Below are positions 35,037 to 46,815 of a stretch of 64,000 nucleotides of DNA, one piece after another. The notes under the pieces were generated by a model that did no database searches, was not told the DNA's origin, and saw only the letters and a program-made list of their open reading frames with translations. Position numbers and translations under genes: made by a program. The stretch comes from Rhodosorus marinus CCMP1338 (Eukaryota > Plantae > Rhodophyta). The stretch is taken from the NCBI GenBank assembly GCA_029953675.1, contig JAMWBK010000001.1, positions 2,294,001-2,358,000 on the forward strand. Direction: 5' to 3'. Position 1 is the stretch's first letter. Every line of letters begins with the position of its first letter.

Positions 35037-36423
35037 TCACTGTGGAATCGCCACGAGGATGGTCTGACACCTCTGAGTGCAAGGCTTCAACCCAAGGGAA
35101 GTTAATTTATACTTCTGCTGAAGGACCAGCAGAAGTTTGGGGAGTCTCGATTCGAGACCGCCTGATTTGCTGAAAACTAGCGACACCTCGGTTTTTGCTT
35201 CGTAACGTTCGAAGAAGCGGATCCAGCTGAAGCGGCACCAAAATTTTGAGGCATGAACGGGACATGTCCCAAGGCCTGACATGAGGCCAAGGATCGGCGA
35301 TAGACCCTTGAAGAGAGAAAGCCATGCGAGCACCAACACCAATGTCGACCACATAAAAGTAGGAGTCAGAATGCAAGTGGCATCTGAAAAGACCAATTCC
35401 GGTAGGGCATGGGTTCTCAATACACCTGCGACGGCAATGCACCCTGTACACAGCCGTAGCTTTTCGGGTTTCACAGAGCACGAAGCACGTTTTTTTGCTG
35501 GCTACGAATCTAGTGGTGTAGAAAAGAAATATACGGAACACCGCTTCAGGGACTTTTTAAAAACTAGCATTTCTAGGGTGCTTATCAACGGAAGACAACA
35601 AAACGAAACACTGGACTGGAGAGAGAGAGAGAGACAGAGAGCGAGAGATCCTGGAGCGGGTGCTCTGGCATCTGCCTCTCTTGAATATACTGATGACTGG
35701 CATGTAATAAAACTGTTGCCGGAACCAACCGTCAACCCCACCACCCCCCTTTCGGACAAGTCAGAGAAAGGCTATTGGAGGGGGAAAAAAACCATCTAAT
35801 GGCTCCTCGCTGGAGATGAGGGTCTAGTTGGCAACTTCAATTGGGTGTGAAGCCTTGGAACGCAAAGCTAGAAAACTGATGAAAACATTCTTCTTTGAGA
35901 AGCGAATTTGGACCCAGTTTGTGGCACCTCAGCTACTCCGATTGCTCGGCATTAGCAATCATTTTGTTTTTCATGCAAAGGCAGAGCTCTTTGGTGAGAA
36001 TTCCTCACACTGCACAAGCGCATTTTTCCTGGGGGCTTCGTTGAATGCGACAGACGATCGAGTTTCTCCAGCGATGAAAAAGCTCTTGATCGGCTTATAT
36101 GCTAGAACGAGCTCTTGCCACATCCACCCCCCTCCGCAACTCGGGAGTACTAGTCCTTCGTGCCGCTTTGTACGAGGACGAGATTCTCACTGATGGCACC
36201 ATGTGGTGCATCAGAGGCATCAAGCGAAAGGATGCGGATGCTCTACGATACTCTTGCTCCTGTCCAGCAGGGAACATTCAAAGGACTGTCGCGCAGGGCG
36301 ATTGAAGAGCTTCTGGTAAATATCAAAAAATGATTTTTCGGGTGATCGGATCGAGGCATGCCACTCCTGAACCCTTCTCACTCGACGAATTAGTGATCGG
36401 GACATGAATCCATCCAGCTCCAT
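35037..36423 (-). CDS. Possible multi-exon hypothetical gene, exon structure unresolved
   Basis: GC-richer segment with several protein-like minus-strand frames (36423-36220, ~36150-35970, 35541-35037). A skewed leader lies upstream. No family recognised. Confidence 0.3.
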
Positions 36424-38864
36424 GAGTGATTGACGAATTCAAAGCTTGGAGAAAGTTGGGCGCTTCATCTTCGACGGCGAGAGACATGTGCTCCTTTTCG
36501 CTTTTTATTTATTATCTCTTTCGTCAGTAACCTCGAATAGCGAGGAAAGGCCACTGTCTCTCTCTCTCTCTCTCTCTCGCTCTCTCGCGTCTAAATACAG
36601 TCAACAAAATTTAGGGTATAGTACATCATCCCCACCATGGCCCACCCGCCAACCCTGCAAACACCGGGCGGGTGGTGTGAAACCTCATCCGATAAGTCAG
36701 TACAGGTTCAGAACAAAGAATGTAAGGAAATCTCTCAGGGGGAGGAGAAAGGTACACGACTGGGGATGTGCTAAATTGAGGCAAATACGAGGATGGGTTA
36801 AAACTATAACCCCTCACAAACCACAAGAGAAAATCCTTCAATCCTTTTAAAAATAAATTAGAGAACTTTTTCGATGCAAACATCGAGCAGGACAATGCAA
36901 TCTATTCCCCCTCTTACAAAGTTTGCTGAAAATTCTTTATTTTAGAACGACAGACTGTCGTCTAGGGGGAAGCGAATATAAAGTTTTTGGAAATTTTCGG
37001 TCCGGTTTTTTCTTCCTGTTTTTGTTCTTTCGTACAGCGAGGATGGCGGATATCCACATGACTTGACGACAGGTCTGTTTTCAGAAGGGGTTGTTGCCAA
37101 ACTAATTTTCCCACCTCTACAAGTATGTTTTCGAAAAAGTTTTACCCTGGGGCTGGCGGTAGGGTGTTAAAAACGATCGAAATATGATAAAGTGGAATTG
37201 ATTAACAAAATCGTCGTGAAATGTAGATCAGAAAATACTCGTTCTTTTTTGCAACCCCCCTCTACTTTTCTTACTAGAAAGAAGATGTTGAGATGGCTTC
37301 CCTTCCCCCTCCCCCCCCCCGCCCCCGCCTGCTCGAGCGCCCTAATGCCAAATGATTCCCCTTCTCCAGTTACTTCGAAACACAGCTCGAAAAAGTATGA
37401 ATATAGACTATTTGGCTGAGGTTAATACCCAGCCGGAGGTTACCAAAAAGAAAGAAAAAACAAATGCTCTTTGCTACATGAGGTTTTTAATGTCACGATG
37501 GGGTTCATGAAAACATCTCCAACATACTGATTCTTCCAGGTTAGAGAGAAGGGGTTTGAGAATAGACCGGGACTTCTCTCTTCTTCCAGGTTATAGAGAC
37601 GAGGGGGTTAGAGAAGAAACTAGACTTCTACTTGAGTACAAAAGTGATCATTTATCGTCCTTACAACAATGATCTCTCGCGACTGCAAAAAAACATGAAG
37701 TGTACAAATGCTTTTGCTTTTTTTATGGGTTGTCCTTCCCAACACATTCCTCATCAACAGATACAGTTAACTATCCCTCGCTTCCTCCTCCCCCCCCCCC
37801 TCCGCCCAAGCTTTGCACCCCACCTCATCACTTGCATATGGCAAATTTCGGCCCCATTGCATACGTCAACTGACATAAATACCGCCAAACCCCTTCAATC
37901 CTCACAGAAGAAGCATCCCTACGTTATCCATCTCTTCCCCCCAGTTAAAAGATAGAAGAAAAAATTGAAACCTTGACCGACCGGCGTTTCCTTTTCATGA
38001 CATAAAACTTAAACCATTTTCTTCAACACCTCCCCTCCCCATAAAAATGAATAAGCACAAGCAAATTTCAATATAGTTTGACCCCTCTGCCCAAATACCC
38101 GAAGTGGACAAAAACCAATCTTTCATTGATATTGAAAATTTGTTCGTTATCTAGATCACACAGTCCAAAGGGGTAGGGTATACTGTGAGATTTATGTACC
38201 GTAAGACTTGCACCCTCCCCCCCCATTTTTGAAGACTCTAAGTAAACTGTATCTGAAAAAGTACTGTTTAGAATTTACTTCTTTGAGTTCATTGATGCTC
38301 GACGCTTTTAACATGGATCTATTTAGACTAAAAAAACAAAGGCTGGTCGAATGTCAGCTGAGCTATTAGGCAAAATTTTTTTTTGGGTAATGCGTAATTT
38401 TTTTTTACGGAACAGGAGAAGGTGAAGTGGAGGAGACCCGCGGGGGCGGAGTAGAGGTGGATTAAGCTTGTTAGTGTATCGATGTGGATGGACATCCATT
38501 GTTGAGCAGAGGTAGGAGAGAACAGAGCTGTGTTGGGGTGGGGAAGAATGAGGGGACTTAAGGGAGATGACTGGATTGGGAGGTGTGGATTGATTTGTAT
38601 TAGAGTGGTGGTTGGGATTGGGGGGGGCGGGAGGAGGGGGATGTGCTTTTCTGGATTTTGGTGCTTCTGAAACGTGGGACATTGGGGATTCTTGTGGGTG
38701 GGCAAGTTCGTGTGTGTAGGATAAATAGGGATAGAGAAGCGGACAGCGGATGCGGAGAAGCAGATGTGGGGGATGTGGAAGTGGTGTTCAGGTATTGAGT
38801 GGTGTATTAGGCGACGGAATTGTGGAGAGTAGTGGGGTGGGGGAGGAGGGGGGACGGGGGGAGG

Positions 38865-39206
38865 ATGGATCTGAAGCTTCTGTTGAGTACGCAGCCTGGT
38901 GGGGCTTTTGAGGAGAAGAGGAAGAGCCAAGTGAAGAGCTATTTCTGTGAAAAGTGTTCGACGGGGTTTACCGCCAAGGGGAGCTTGAAAGTGCACCTGC
39001 GGACCGTGCACGAGGGCCTCCGGCCGTACGGCTGTGGGGAGTGCAATAAACAGTTCGGGACGAGGAACAACCTGATGCGGCATCAACGAATCGTCCATCT
39101 AAACCAGAAGCCATACTTTTGCGGCGCATGCAAACAGTACTTCGTAACTTTGAGCTCCGTAAATAGGCATATTAGCAGGAAGCACAAGGAGAGCTCTGTT
39201 TCATAG
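38865..39206 (+). CDS. C2H2 zinc-finger protein, 3 fingers, ~113 aa
   Basis: YFCEKC..F..KGSLKVHLRTVH-EGLRP-YGCGEC..F..RNNLMRHQRIVH-LNQKP-YFCGAC..F....SVNRHISRKH; single exon. Confidence 0.93.
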   Translation: MDLKLLLSTQPGGAFEEKRKSQVKSYFCEKCSTGFTAKGSLKVHLRTVHEGLRPYGCGECNKQFGTRNNLMRHQRIVHLNQKPYFCGACKQYFVTLSSVNRHISRKHKESSVS

Positions 39207-39905
39207 CCACTCTCCTCATACAAAGATCGGCATGGTCTGATGTGTATACTATCTCATCCCCGGAGGTACGCATGCGCGTCGCACAAAAGCAGTGAGGCGT
39301 GGGACATCGTAAGAAGAAAACTTGAGGCGCAGGTCGTTGCACGGATCTTCCGGGACCCAAAAAATTTAACCAAACCTTGATGTAAAGATAGCACAGTAAA
39401 GATGACATATATGACAAACAAAAAAACAAAGCGCTGTCTTCTTTCCCACCTTCCCAAGAAAAACCTTATCTCATGTATTTGTCAACTAATACTCTAAATC
39501 AAGAAAAAGCTTCTGCTAAGGATACGCTCCATTGCCCCCCTCAACGTCCGCTACGTCCGATTGCTCTTAATATACAATCGCTCTCAAGATATGACCAGTC
39601 CAAAAACAATAGCCTCCTTACAGAACAGAAACCTCTCCTCTTCAACCGAGCACAAACTAGGAGCCACCTTACAAACGGGATCCGGCTCCCCAGCGATCAA
39701 CAGTCCAGTCAAGGTCTGCCGGAACGAAAGAATCCTCCCTGATTAAGGCGCGAATGTGAGTCTCTCTCTCTTGCACACTCTCCACTTTGGGCACTCTCTT
39801 CTTCAAATGCATGCCACAGACTATGCAGTTAACATCAGATCCTGGCGGGCTAGATGCTCCCTCCCGGTTCCCTCTCCACCATGAACCCAGATGGAAACAC
39901 ACATG

Positions 39906-42900
39906 TTACGCCTTCGTATCCAGCTTTCGACTCTTCAGCCTACGTAATCTCAATCCGTACACGTAAGGCCCTCGAACACCACCGTGGTTATGTCTGTCCC
40001 ATTCACCGGTGACTTCCATTCTCAAGACTTTGCCGAAGAAGGTCTTCATCTTGTAGATGGTTATCTTTTGTCCCTCGTCACTTTGCGAAGCCGCGCGGGG
40101 AAACTGGTCCCGTAGTGTGCACAGCCGTACGTAGTCCTTGGAAGTATGGCGATCCGTGTTGTCTGTCAGCTCGTATGTTTGTTGTATGTACACCGCAAAA
40201 CTGTGAAATTCATGCTTCTCGTCGCCGATCATCCTCTTCATCATCTCATTCCTTTCCGCGAGGTCCATTGACTCGTTACCACCGGCTTCTTTCGCAGACT
40301 TTCGGAGATCCTTTGCGGGACAAAAAGAATTCGAAAACCATTTCGTTTAGCCCGCAGCTCTGTCTCCCGGTTTGTTCACTGCTTGAGCAAACTCAGACAC
40401 AAGCCTACCTCGCTAGTCGTTACGTTGGTTGGGGATGAGCTCGGATGTGCAGAACCACTCATACGAAAGGGTGCGGTGCTCTGCGTCGGAGTGAGTCCAG
40501 AAAAGTCGTTCCGAACTTCGGCGGGGTTGAGTATTGAAATGCCTGCAGTGGGACTTATGAACAACGGCTTGGATTGATGCTTCTGCTCCGCCTACCACAG
40601 ACACGAAGTGAGGATTTGCACAGTCAGCATTCAACGTTCAGTCGCACTGGAGCCTTTTCGTCTTGTTGGCCGGCGTACAATGGTGCCCGGGTCGTCAGAA
40701 CGTAGCTGCCACAGCATGGAAAACTGTTTGTGATTTTCTCGTCTAGATTTGTTTTCAGGATGGTCAGAAACCCTCCCCGAGTCGATTTCCGAGTTTTGTA
40801 TGAGGGACCACCTAAGCACATAGAACGAACATACATGGTCAATATCGATCCAATTCTTAATGTCTAGGAGCGAGCATTTTGAAGACGACATCCGGTACCT
40901 CTTCGGTTGCTGACCACTCAGAATTCCCCTCATCACCACAAGTGCGTTCCTTGCACGTTGTCTCGCAAACGACGCGTCGACTATTGGCGCAGGATAGTTT
41001 ACCCCCAGTCCAACTCCTGCCTCCCGCAGAACTGAGACCGGGGCTTTCCAAGGACAGTGAAGATATCTGCACAAGATGCAGAGTCGAGCACGCGTTCAGG
41101 AGATGATTCCGATTGGTCCAAAGCGGAGGAGCTCGCTACTGTTTCTTTGCCAACGCAACTCACTTGTTCGGCAGCTTGGACAATTCTGGCAACCATTTTC
41201 TAACATAGTAGCCAGTTGGGTCCTGTTTTCTGGCCAACCCGACGGGATTGATCAGGCTGTTGACGGGCAGGGAGTCTGAATTGGATCCAAACGACCACTG
41301 CCATCCGACAATGTTGGACTTCATGTCACCATCTACCAAGAGGTTGAAGAACCTGTTCGCTCCGGGCTGGAATTGATCGGCAGAGAAACAAAGAATGCCA
41401 TTAGACACCGCTTCCAAAGAAACGGGAAAACAGAGTTTGGCACTCACTCACCTGCCATGGCAGCAAGAGGTACTTCGTCAGGAACGAGGCCAGCAAGTAC
41501 CTGAGGATATTGTGTATCCAGCCCGTTGCTTTGAGGTCCCGAAGCGCCGCGTCAACGAGTGGGTAACTGTGTAGGTATAAGCAAATGGTACACGCCTTCT
41601 TCTTGAGCTTTTCACTAGTCTCAGTGGGAGTTGGTATTGAGGTCATTTCTACATACCCGGTACGCGCTTCGTTCCAAGATATCCATGCGTCCTTATCATT
41701 GCTCCAAGGGAAATTCTCATATTGAGGTATGAGACTGTAGTTTGCCGCGCTTGGGTTGTGGTACAAAAGGTGGTGAGCAAACTCTCTCGAGCAGAGGTTT
41801 TTCAGAAATGCTCTGGATGCCTGTGCATAGCCCTCAACCTCCTTCTCGCTGGTCTTCACGCCAAGCTTGGTCATCTGATCAGAACAAGATAACAGTAAAC
41901 CCGCATAGCTTCAGCGACTTTGGTTGGGCTTTCCGACACCAAGCACAGCTTTGAAAGTTCGAACCTGGCTTCTAACGAAGTGGTAAACTTGTCTGGGCGA
42001 TATTTCTCCGAACTGAAGGTGCGGAGAAAGCTTAGAGGTCCCGTATATATCTCTTCGACTCCTTCCTTCGCCAAAAGTCTTGAATGAACCTTTAAGAAAC
42101 CTGAAGAGGGAGTAGAATCCCGGTTGGGCTTGTCAGTCGACAATAGGAGCGGTCCCACGATCCCGTGGCGAGAGCTGAGGTGCTTACTCGCTGAGTTTCT
42201 TTATCGCTGACTTTGATCCTGGTTGCCAGACCCTGTTGTACTGTTCCTCCCGTAGCTTCGGAAGGTCGAGCCCAAGTTCATCAACACTCAGGGAAGGCAC
42301 CGCCTTAGCACAGTCGCCGAGCGCATTAGAACGAAACGTTTAGAAGAAGAAACTTGGGTGGAACTTTGGCGGCAAGGAGTGTTCACCTTGTTCCCTCCCT
42401 TAGTCAAGGGTGCCGGCGCCGGTGCTGGAGTGGGCATCGGCGGCGGAGGAAAGTTCATCCAGGCGGTCATGTAATTGTGCAGCACGGTGAATCGGGCCTC
42501 CAATTCCCACGGCTCTACGAGCAGCTCAGATTTCAGTGACCGCGCGTCAATCCCCTTCAATGTCAGAGTCTGCCTGAGCTTTTCCTCCTGATCAATAGTT
42601 GCTATATTGCACTGTCTATGCCAGTAAACGGCGTCAGCTTCAACCTGCTTGACCAGTTGCCACAGCTGCACCACGGAGAGCAAAAAAGTGGAATAGGAAC
42701 GTAAGCGTTTCCAGTAAGCAGAGCGCAAAGAGACTAAGCGTTCCGGGGTTGTAGCCAAGTAGCTTACTGTTTCGTAAGTATTGGTTGAGTCCATTCGGAT
42801 CACCAGCTTCAGGTTCAACGCGCGCAGGTCGCTATCCAGGCTCAGGAGGGATTTCTTCAACCACCTGAAGAAATTGCGTAATCCAGTACTTAGCTTTAGC

Positions 42901-43492
42901 AAGCATCCCATGGCTGTGTCCTGCTACGCCTAAACGAGAAAACAAACAAAAAGCTTACCAACGCCCGGCCTCTCCAGGGCTCCAGAGATCTGGGTTCCAT
43001 ATGAAGACTGGGATGACCGAGCCTCCTACCACGACAAAATACCCGAAGATTCGATTAGGAGAGGGAAACAAAACGTCGATTGCACAGGTTGGAATTAGAA
43101 CCTCACCTCTCCTCAGTGCCATTGATAGCGCAAGGTGATCCGCGACCCTGAGATCATGGCCTTGGAACCACACGATAGTAGCTCCTTGCTTTCGCGGACG
43201 CTTCGACTTTTTCCAACGTCCATTTGAGTCATCTTGAGCCAATCCCCCGACGCCATTTTTACCGTTCTGTTCCCGATACTTTGCCTTTGTCAGGTCTCCA
43301 GAGGGTGGTGGACGCTTCTTTCGTTCGACATTCGACGACAGAATTGTCGTGGGCACTTGGCTTTGAACTGCTCAGCAGGTAAAACCAGAAAAAAACCATA
43401 ACGAGCAATGAGTCGAATAAAATAAACCCACGCTGCGTTCAAGCTAGAAACTCACCAGCGCGCTTTGATCTATCTCCAACCCCATACTGCAT
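39906..43492 (-). CDS. Plant-type cryptochrome/photolyase-family protein with N-terminal basic extension and long C-terminal extension, multi-exon
   Basis: PHR motifs IVWFQGHDLRVADHLAL, VIPVFIW, WLKKSLLSLDSDL, TSKLSPHLQFGEISPRQV, REFAHHLLY, FPW, TGYPLVDA, GWIHN, LLLPWQ, DGDMKSNIVGWQW, DPTGYYVRKWLPEL, HCPWKAP..AGVGLGVNYPAPIVD. Phase-0 introns link exon 40591-40409 to terminal exon 40310-39906. Confidence 0.92.
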
Positions 43493-43880
43493 CGTTTCAA
43501 AGTCAAGCCCAGACACCGTGCAAAATAGTTTAGGAAAATACTGACAAGCTGTCGCTACTGGACTTATGAGCTCGACAAGAAAGAAAAAGCCCCTCTTCTT
43601 CCACCTTCCGAAGAAACAACTCAACGAAAACAAACCAAAAAAAAAAAAAAAAAAAACCTCCCCCCAAGAACACCCTAGTCCTCCTGCTAACTACTACTCA
43701 ACTCCATCCTCCCTTTCCACACAAACCCACCCACACCCTTCTCTCTTCTCCGAATCCCACACTCTCCCTCAAAAACAAACCCCCACGGCCCCAACCAACA
43801 TCCCCTCACATCCCGTCCGAACACACACTCACCTCCCGCCTATCCAACCCAGACTACCAAACTAAATTCCAACTTATGAT

Positions 43881-43898
43881 ACACACATACACACACAC

Positions 43899-43938
<40 letters not shown>
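43881..43938. repeat. (CA)n/(TA)n microsatellite
   Basis: acacatacacacacacacatatatatacatatatat... upstream of the cryptochrome gene. Confidence 0.95.
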
Positions 43939-43941
<3 letters not shown>

Positions 43942-46815
43942 CTTGTCTTCTCTAATTGCAACATAAACCCCAAACTCTCTCCCCCTCACTTCTTCCTTCG
44001 AAACGGCCCTTCTAAAACAGCTCCAAACCTCCACTAGCACCCTCCTCGTCAATTTAGAAATGACCTCAGGATTCAATCTTACAATCAACAGCAAATATTA
44101 CATTTCTTCTCAAAACACCCCCCCTTCTTGCAACGAGTATTTCAGGAGCTGAGATTGTCAATAATTTATTTATAAATAAAATATATACGTTTTGGTTTTT
44201 TGGTGAAAATAGAACGGGAGGGGTCAAGGGGGGGGGTTTGAAGAGGGTAGTTAGTTTCTGGTTTTTGTTGTTTTTTTTTCAACTGTCTGGGGATGACGAT
44301 GGGAGAGGGTTGTGCGGGTTTGGAGGAGATGAACTAGTCTGTAGCGACAGAGAGTTTTTACGATTTGTTTTTGATGGGTGAGGGGTGGCTGCTGTTCATT
44401 GGGTTTGTTGGGAAGTCTTCGCGTCTTGTTGGAAGTGTGCGGGATAGCTAAAACAGCTGGAGCTTTGACTAGATGTTTGAGTTTCCGTGTTATCGACGGG
44501 CTTTTCTCCGCGAAAACGTTAAGATGTGAGCGGAGGCGGAGAGGGGGGGGGGGAAGGGGGGCTGAAATGGGGCTGTGCTAGTAACTGAGCATTATGCTAC
44601 CCCCTCCCAACCGGTAATGGACTAGAGCACACCTCTTTACCCAACCTGAACTCCGATACCGACGACTTAACCTTCGAGGCTCTTAGTGAATTTCACTGAC
44701 CTCAACGAAGTTATGCTCTTTTACTGAATATCAAAAAATAATCTGATGAGAACAGATTATATCCAATCCGAGGAAACTTGTTGATATGACAGACGTAATA
44801 GCTCCGTTCGGAATAATTATCAAATATAACATGAAAGAATTATGAAAACGACCATCAATATTATTGAATTTATGAACACTTTTCGATGGTGGCGACCTGG
44901 TCTACGAAAGAACAGTCAATTTGGACGAAAACGTCCAATGGAGTGGACAAACCGACGAACAAATTTATATAAATAGAGAACATCAATCAGTTACTTCGAA
45001 ATCGCGTATTTACTTAGTGTTATTCAATGGATATATCGATTGAAATCTTCGGTGTTGTATTGGATAAAAAATGTTTAGTCGTAAACAGACCGATAAATTC
45101 TCTCTTTTTACCCATGAACTATTGAATAAATGTAGAAAATGCGATTGTATGTGCTTCTAAAAAACCTGTCCAATGCACGGCGGGTAAGATTTCCAATATT
45201 CAATCAGAGTTAGTCTAGTAATCAATCATCTTTGATCAGATATTGAATCATGATTACTTTTCGCGCGGTTGGGACCCACGTTCCTGCATTGAATAATGAT
45301 TACTCCTGAGCTCGACAGACTGTCATCAACAATCTAGGGGTTTTTCAGACCACTGCAGTCCCGGCAACGGTGAACGAAGGCAGTGGAACTTGATAAAATG
45401 AGATTGAATTTCAATCAATATCCATTGTTGATTGAGATATATCAGATTGAGAGATATCAGACATCGGTTCAGTCGTTATCGGACAATTATCAGAAAATAT
45501 ATTCATAATAAATTTCCGATTCAGGTCTAAGCCAGAGAAAAACCAACTATTTATTACGCAATTATGGCCCAATCACACCTGATATCGGACAGTATTGGAC
45601 GGTTGTGATCGAACCCATTATGACAACCTTGAGAAAAAGTCTAGCCAAAGTGTGGCATCCTGACTCTTGTTCATGTCTCACGACCCCCTGGCGTACAGCA
45701 CGATAAAGTGGGGTTCTCTCAATTTCTTTTGATAATTTGGAAGCAACGGACTGGAAACCTCTCTCTGCCCGTTCCGAGGCTAAATATCTAGATTTTTTGG
45801 CTCTCCTTAACCTGGAGTTGTTGGAACTCAATTAAGAATAATTTACGTACTTAAGTTCTGTATTCATCGAATGGCTGACTTGAGCCTCGATTGCGTACCT
45901 AAAGCATTCCCTATTTCAAGGGACCCGGTGAATCTTACACGTGTCCAAAATCTGTTCGTCCAACAATTGTGATAGGACAGATTGTCCTATTCAAACGCGG
46001 AACCCTCAGAAGGTGATCTGTAAACTGCAGATGCAAACTGCAGATCACCTTTTGCATAGCAGTGGCTTGTCTGAACGGGCCTTCCGGGTTCCTTTGTAAC
46101 GGTTAGCACATAGGCCTATATCAAATACTATCAAGGCAAGGTGGCACCCTCTCCCACCTTGGAGCACCGGTTGTTTGAGCAATGGAGCACTCTCCACGTC
46201 CATTAAGAAGTCCTCCCATCGTGAAATGCTTATTGTCTGAAAGGTATTCTGATCGTGGTGAAACGTTGTCAACAACACTAGGTTCTGGCCGGGGCAATAC
46301 TCAGTGATAGCACTAATGTAGAGATCTGCCTGTCCGCTTCACTCCCGTATGTTCTCAAAAACTATCTCACAGCCAAGCTCCTGGTTATATTCAATGCCAG
46401 ATCCTTGTCATTAAGACTCAAGTTGTCCTTTCTACGCCTCCGAGCACAGGCTCCCGTCAAAGATGTTGTTGAATGGAAGAAATCCGACTGTCAAGGGTTC
46501 CCATGGACGATCAATCCATCGAAAACACTGTGCCAAGGACGCGAACCCGATTGGTATGTGCCGGTGAAAACTATAGTATCCAACCAGCAAGACGAGGGTG
46601 CTCAATTGGTATCGGTCGATGATTCCCGAAACGCCCACGTTGTCATCTTGGTCCCAACCACACCAAGGCGTGACCAGCCACTCCTTTTGACGGTCGATTC
46701 ACGTCCTCCACTTCAAGGCTCCTTTGGATATCGCCGAGGGGAAAGGGTGAAGAAGTTGGGGACCCAAAATCTTCATCACTTCCTGATTCGAATCAGATCT
46801 GATGTGTCGCTAGCC

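Noticed and set aside
39760-39835. NCIVCGMHLKKR, a possible zinc-finger exon extending the cryptochrome
   Set aside because: Only one CxxC. The obvious donor/acceptor pair gives an immediate stop, and the upstream exon already ends at a stop (39906). Treated as 3' UTR.
46405-46815. 137-codon in-frame extension upstream of the AP-3 mu ATG
   Set aside because: Starts at a non-ATG codon, and AP-3 mu proteins begin at MIxSLFI; likely 5' UTR.
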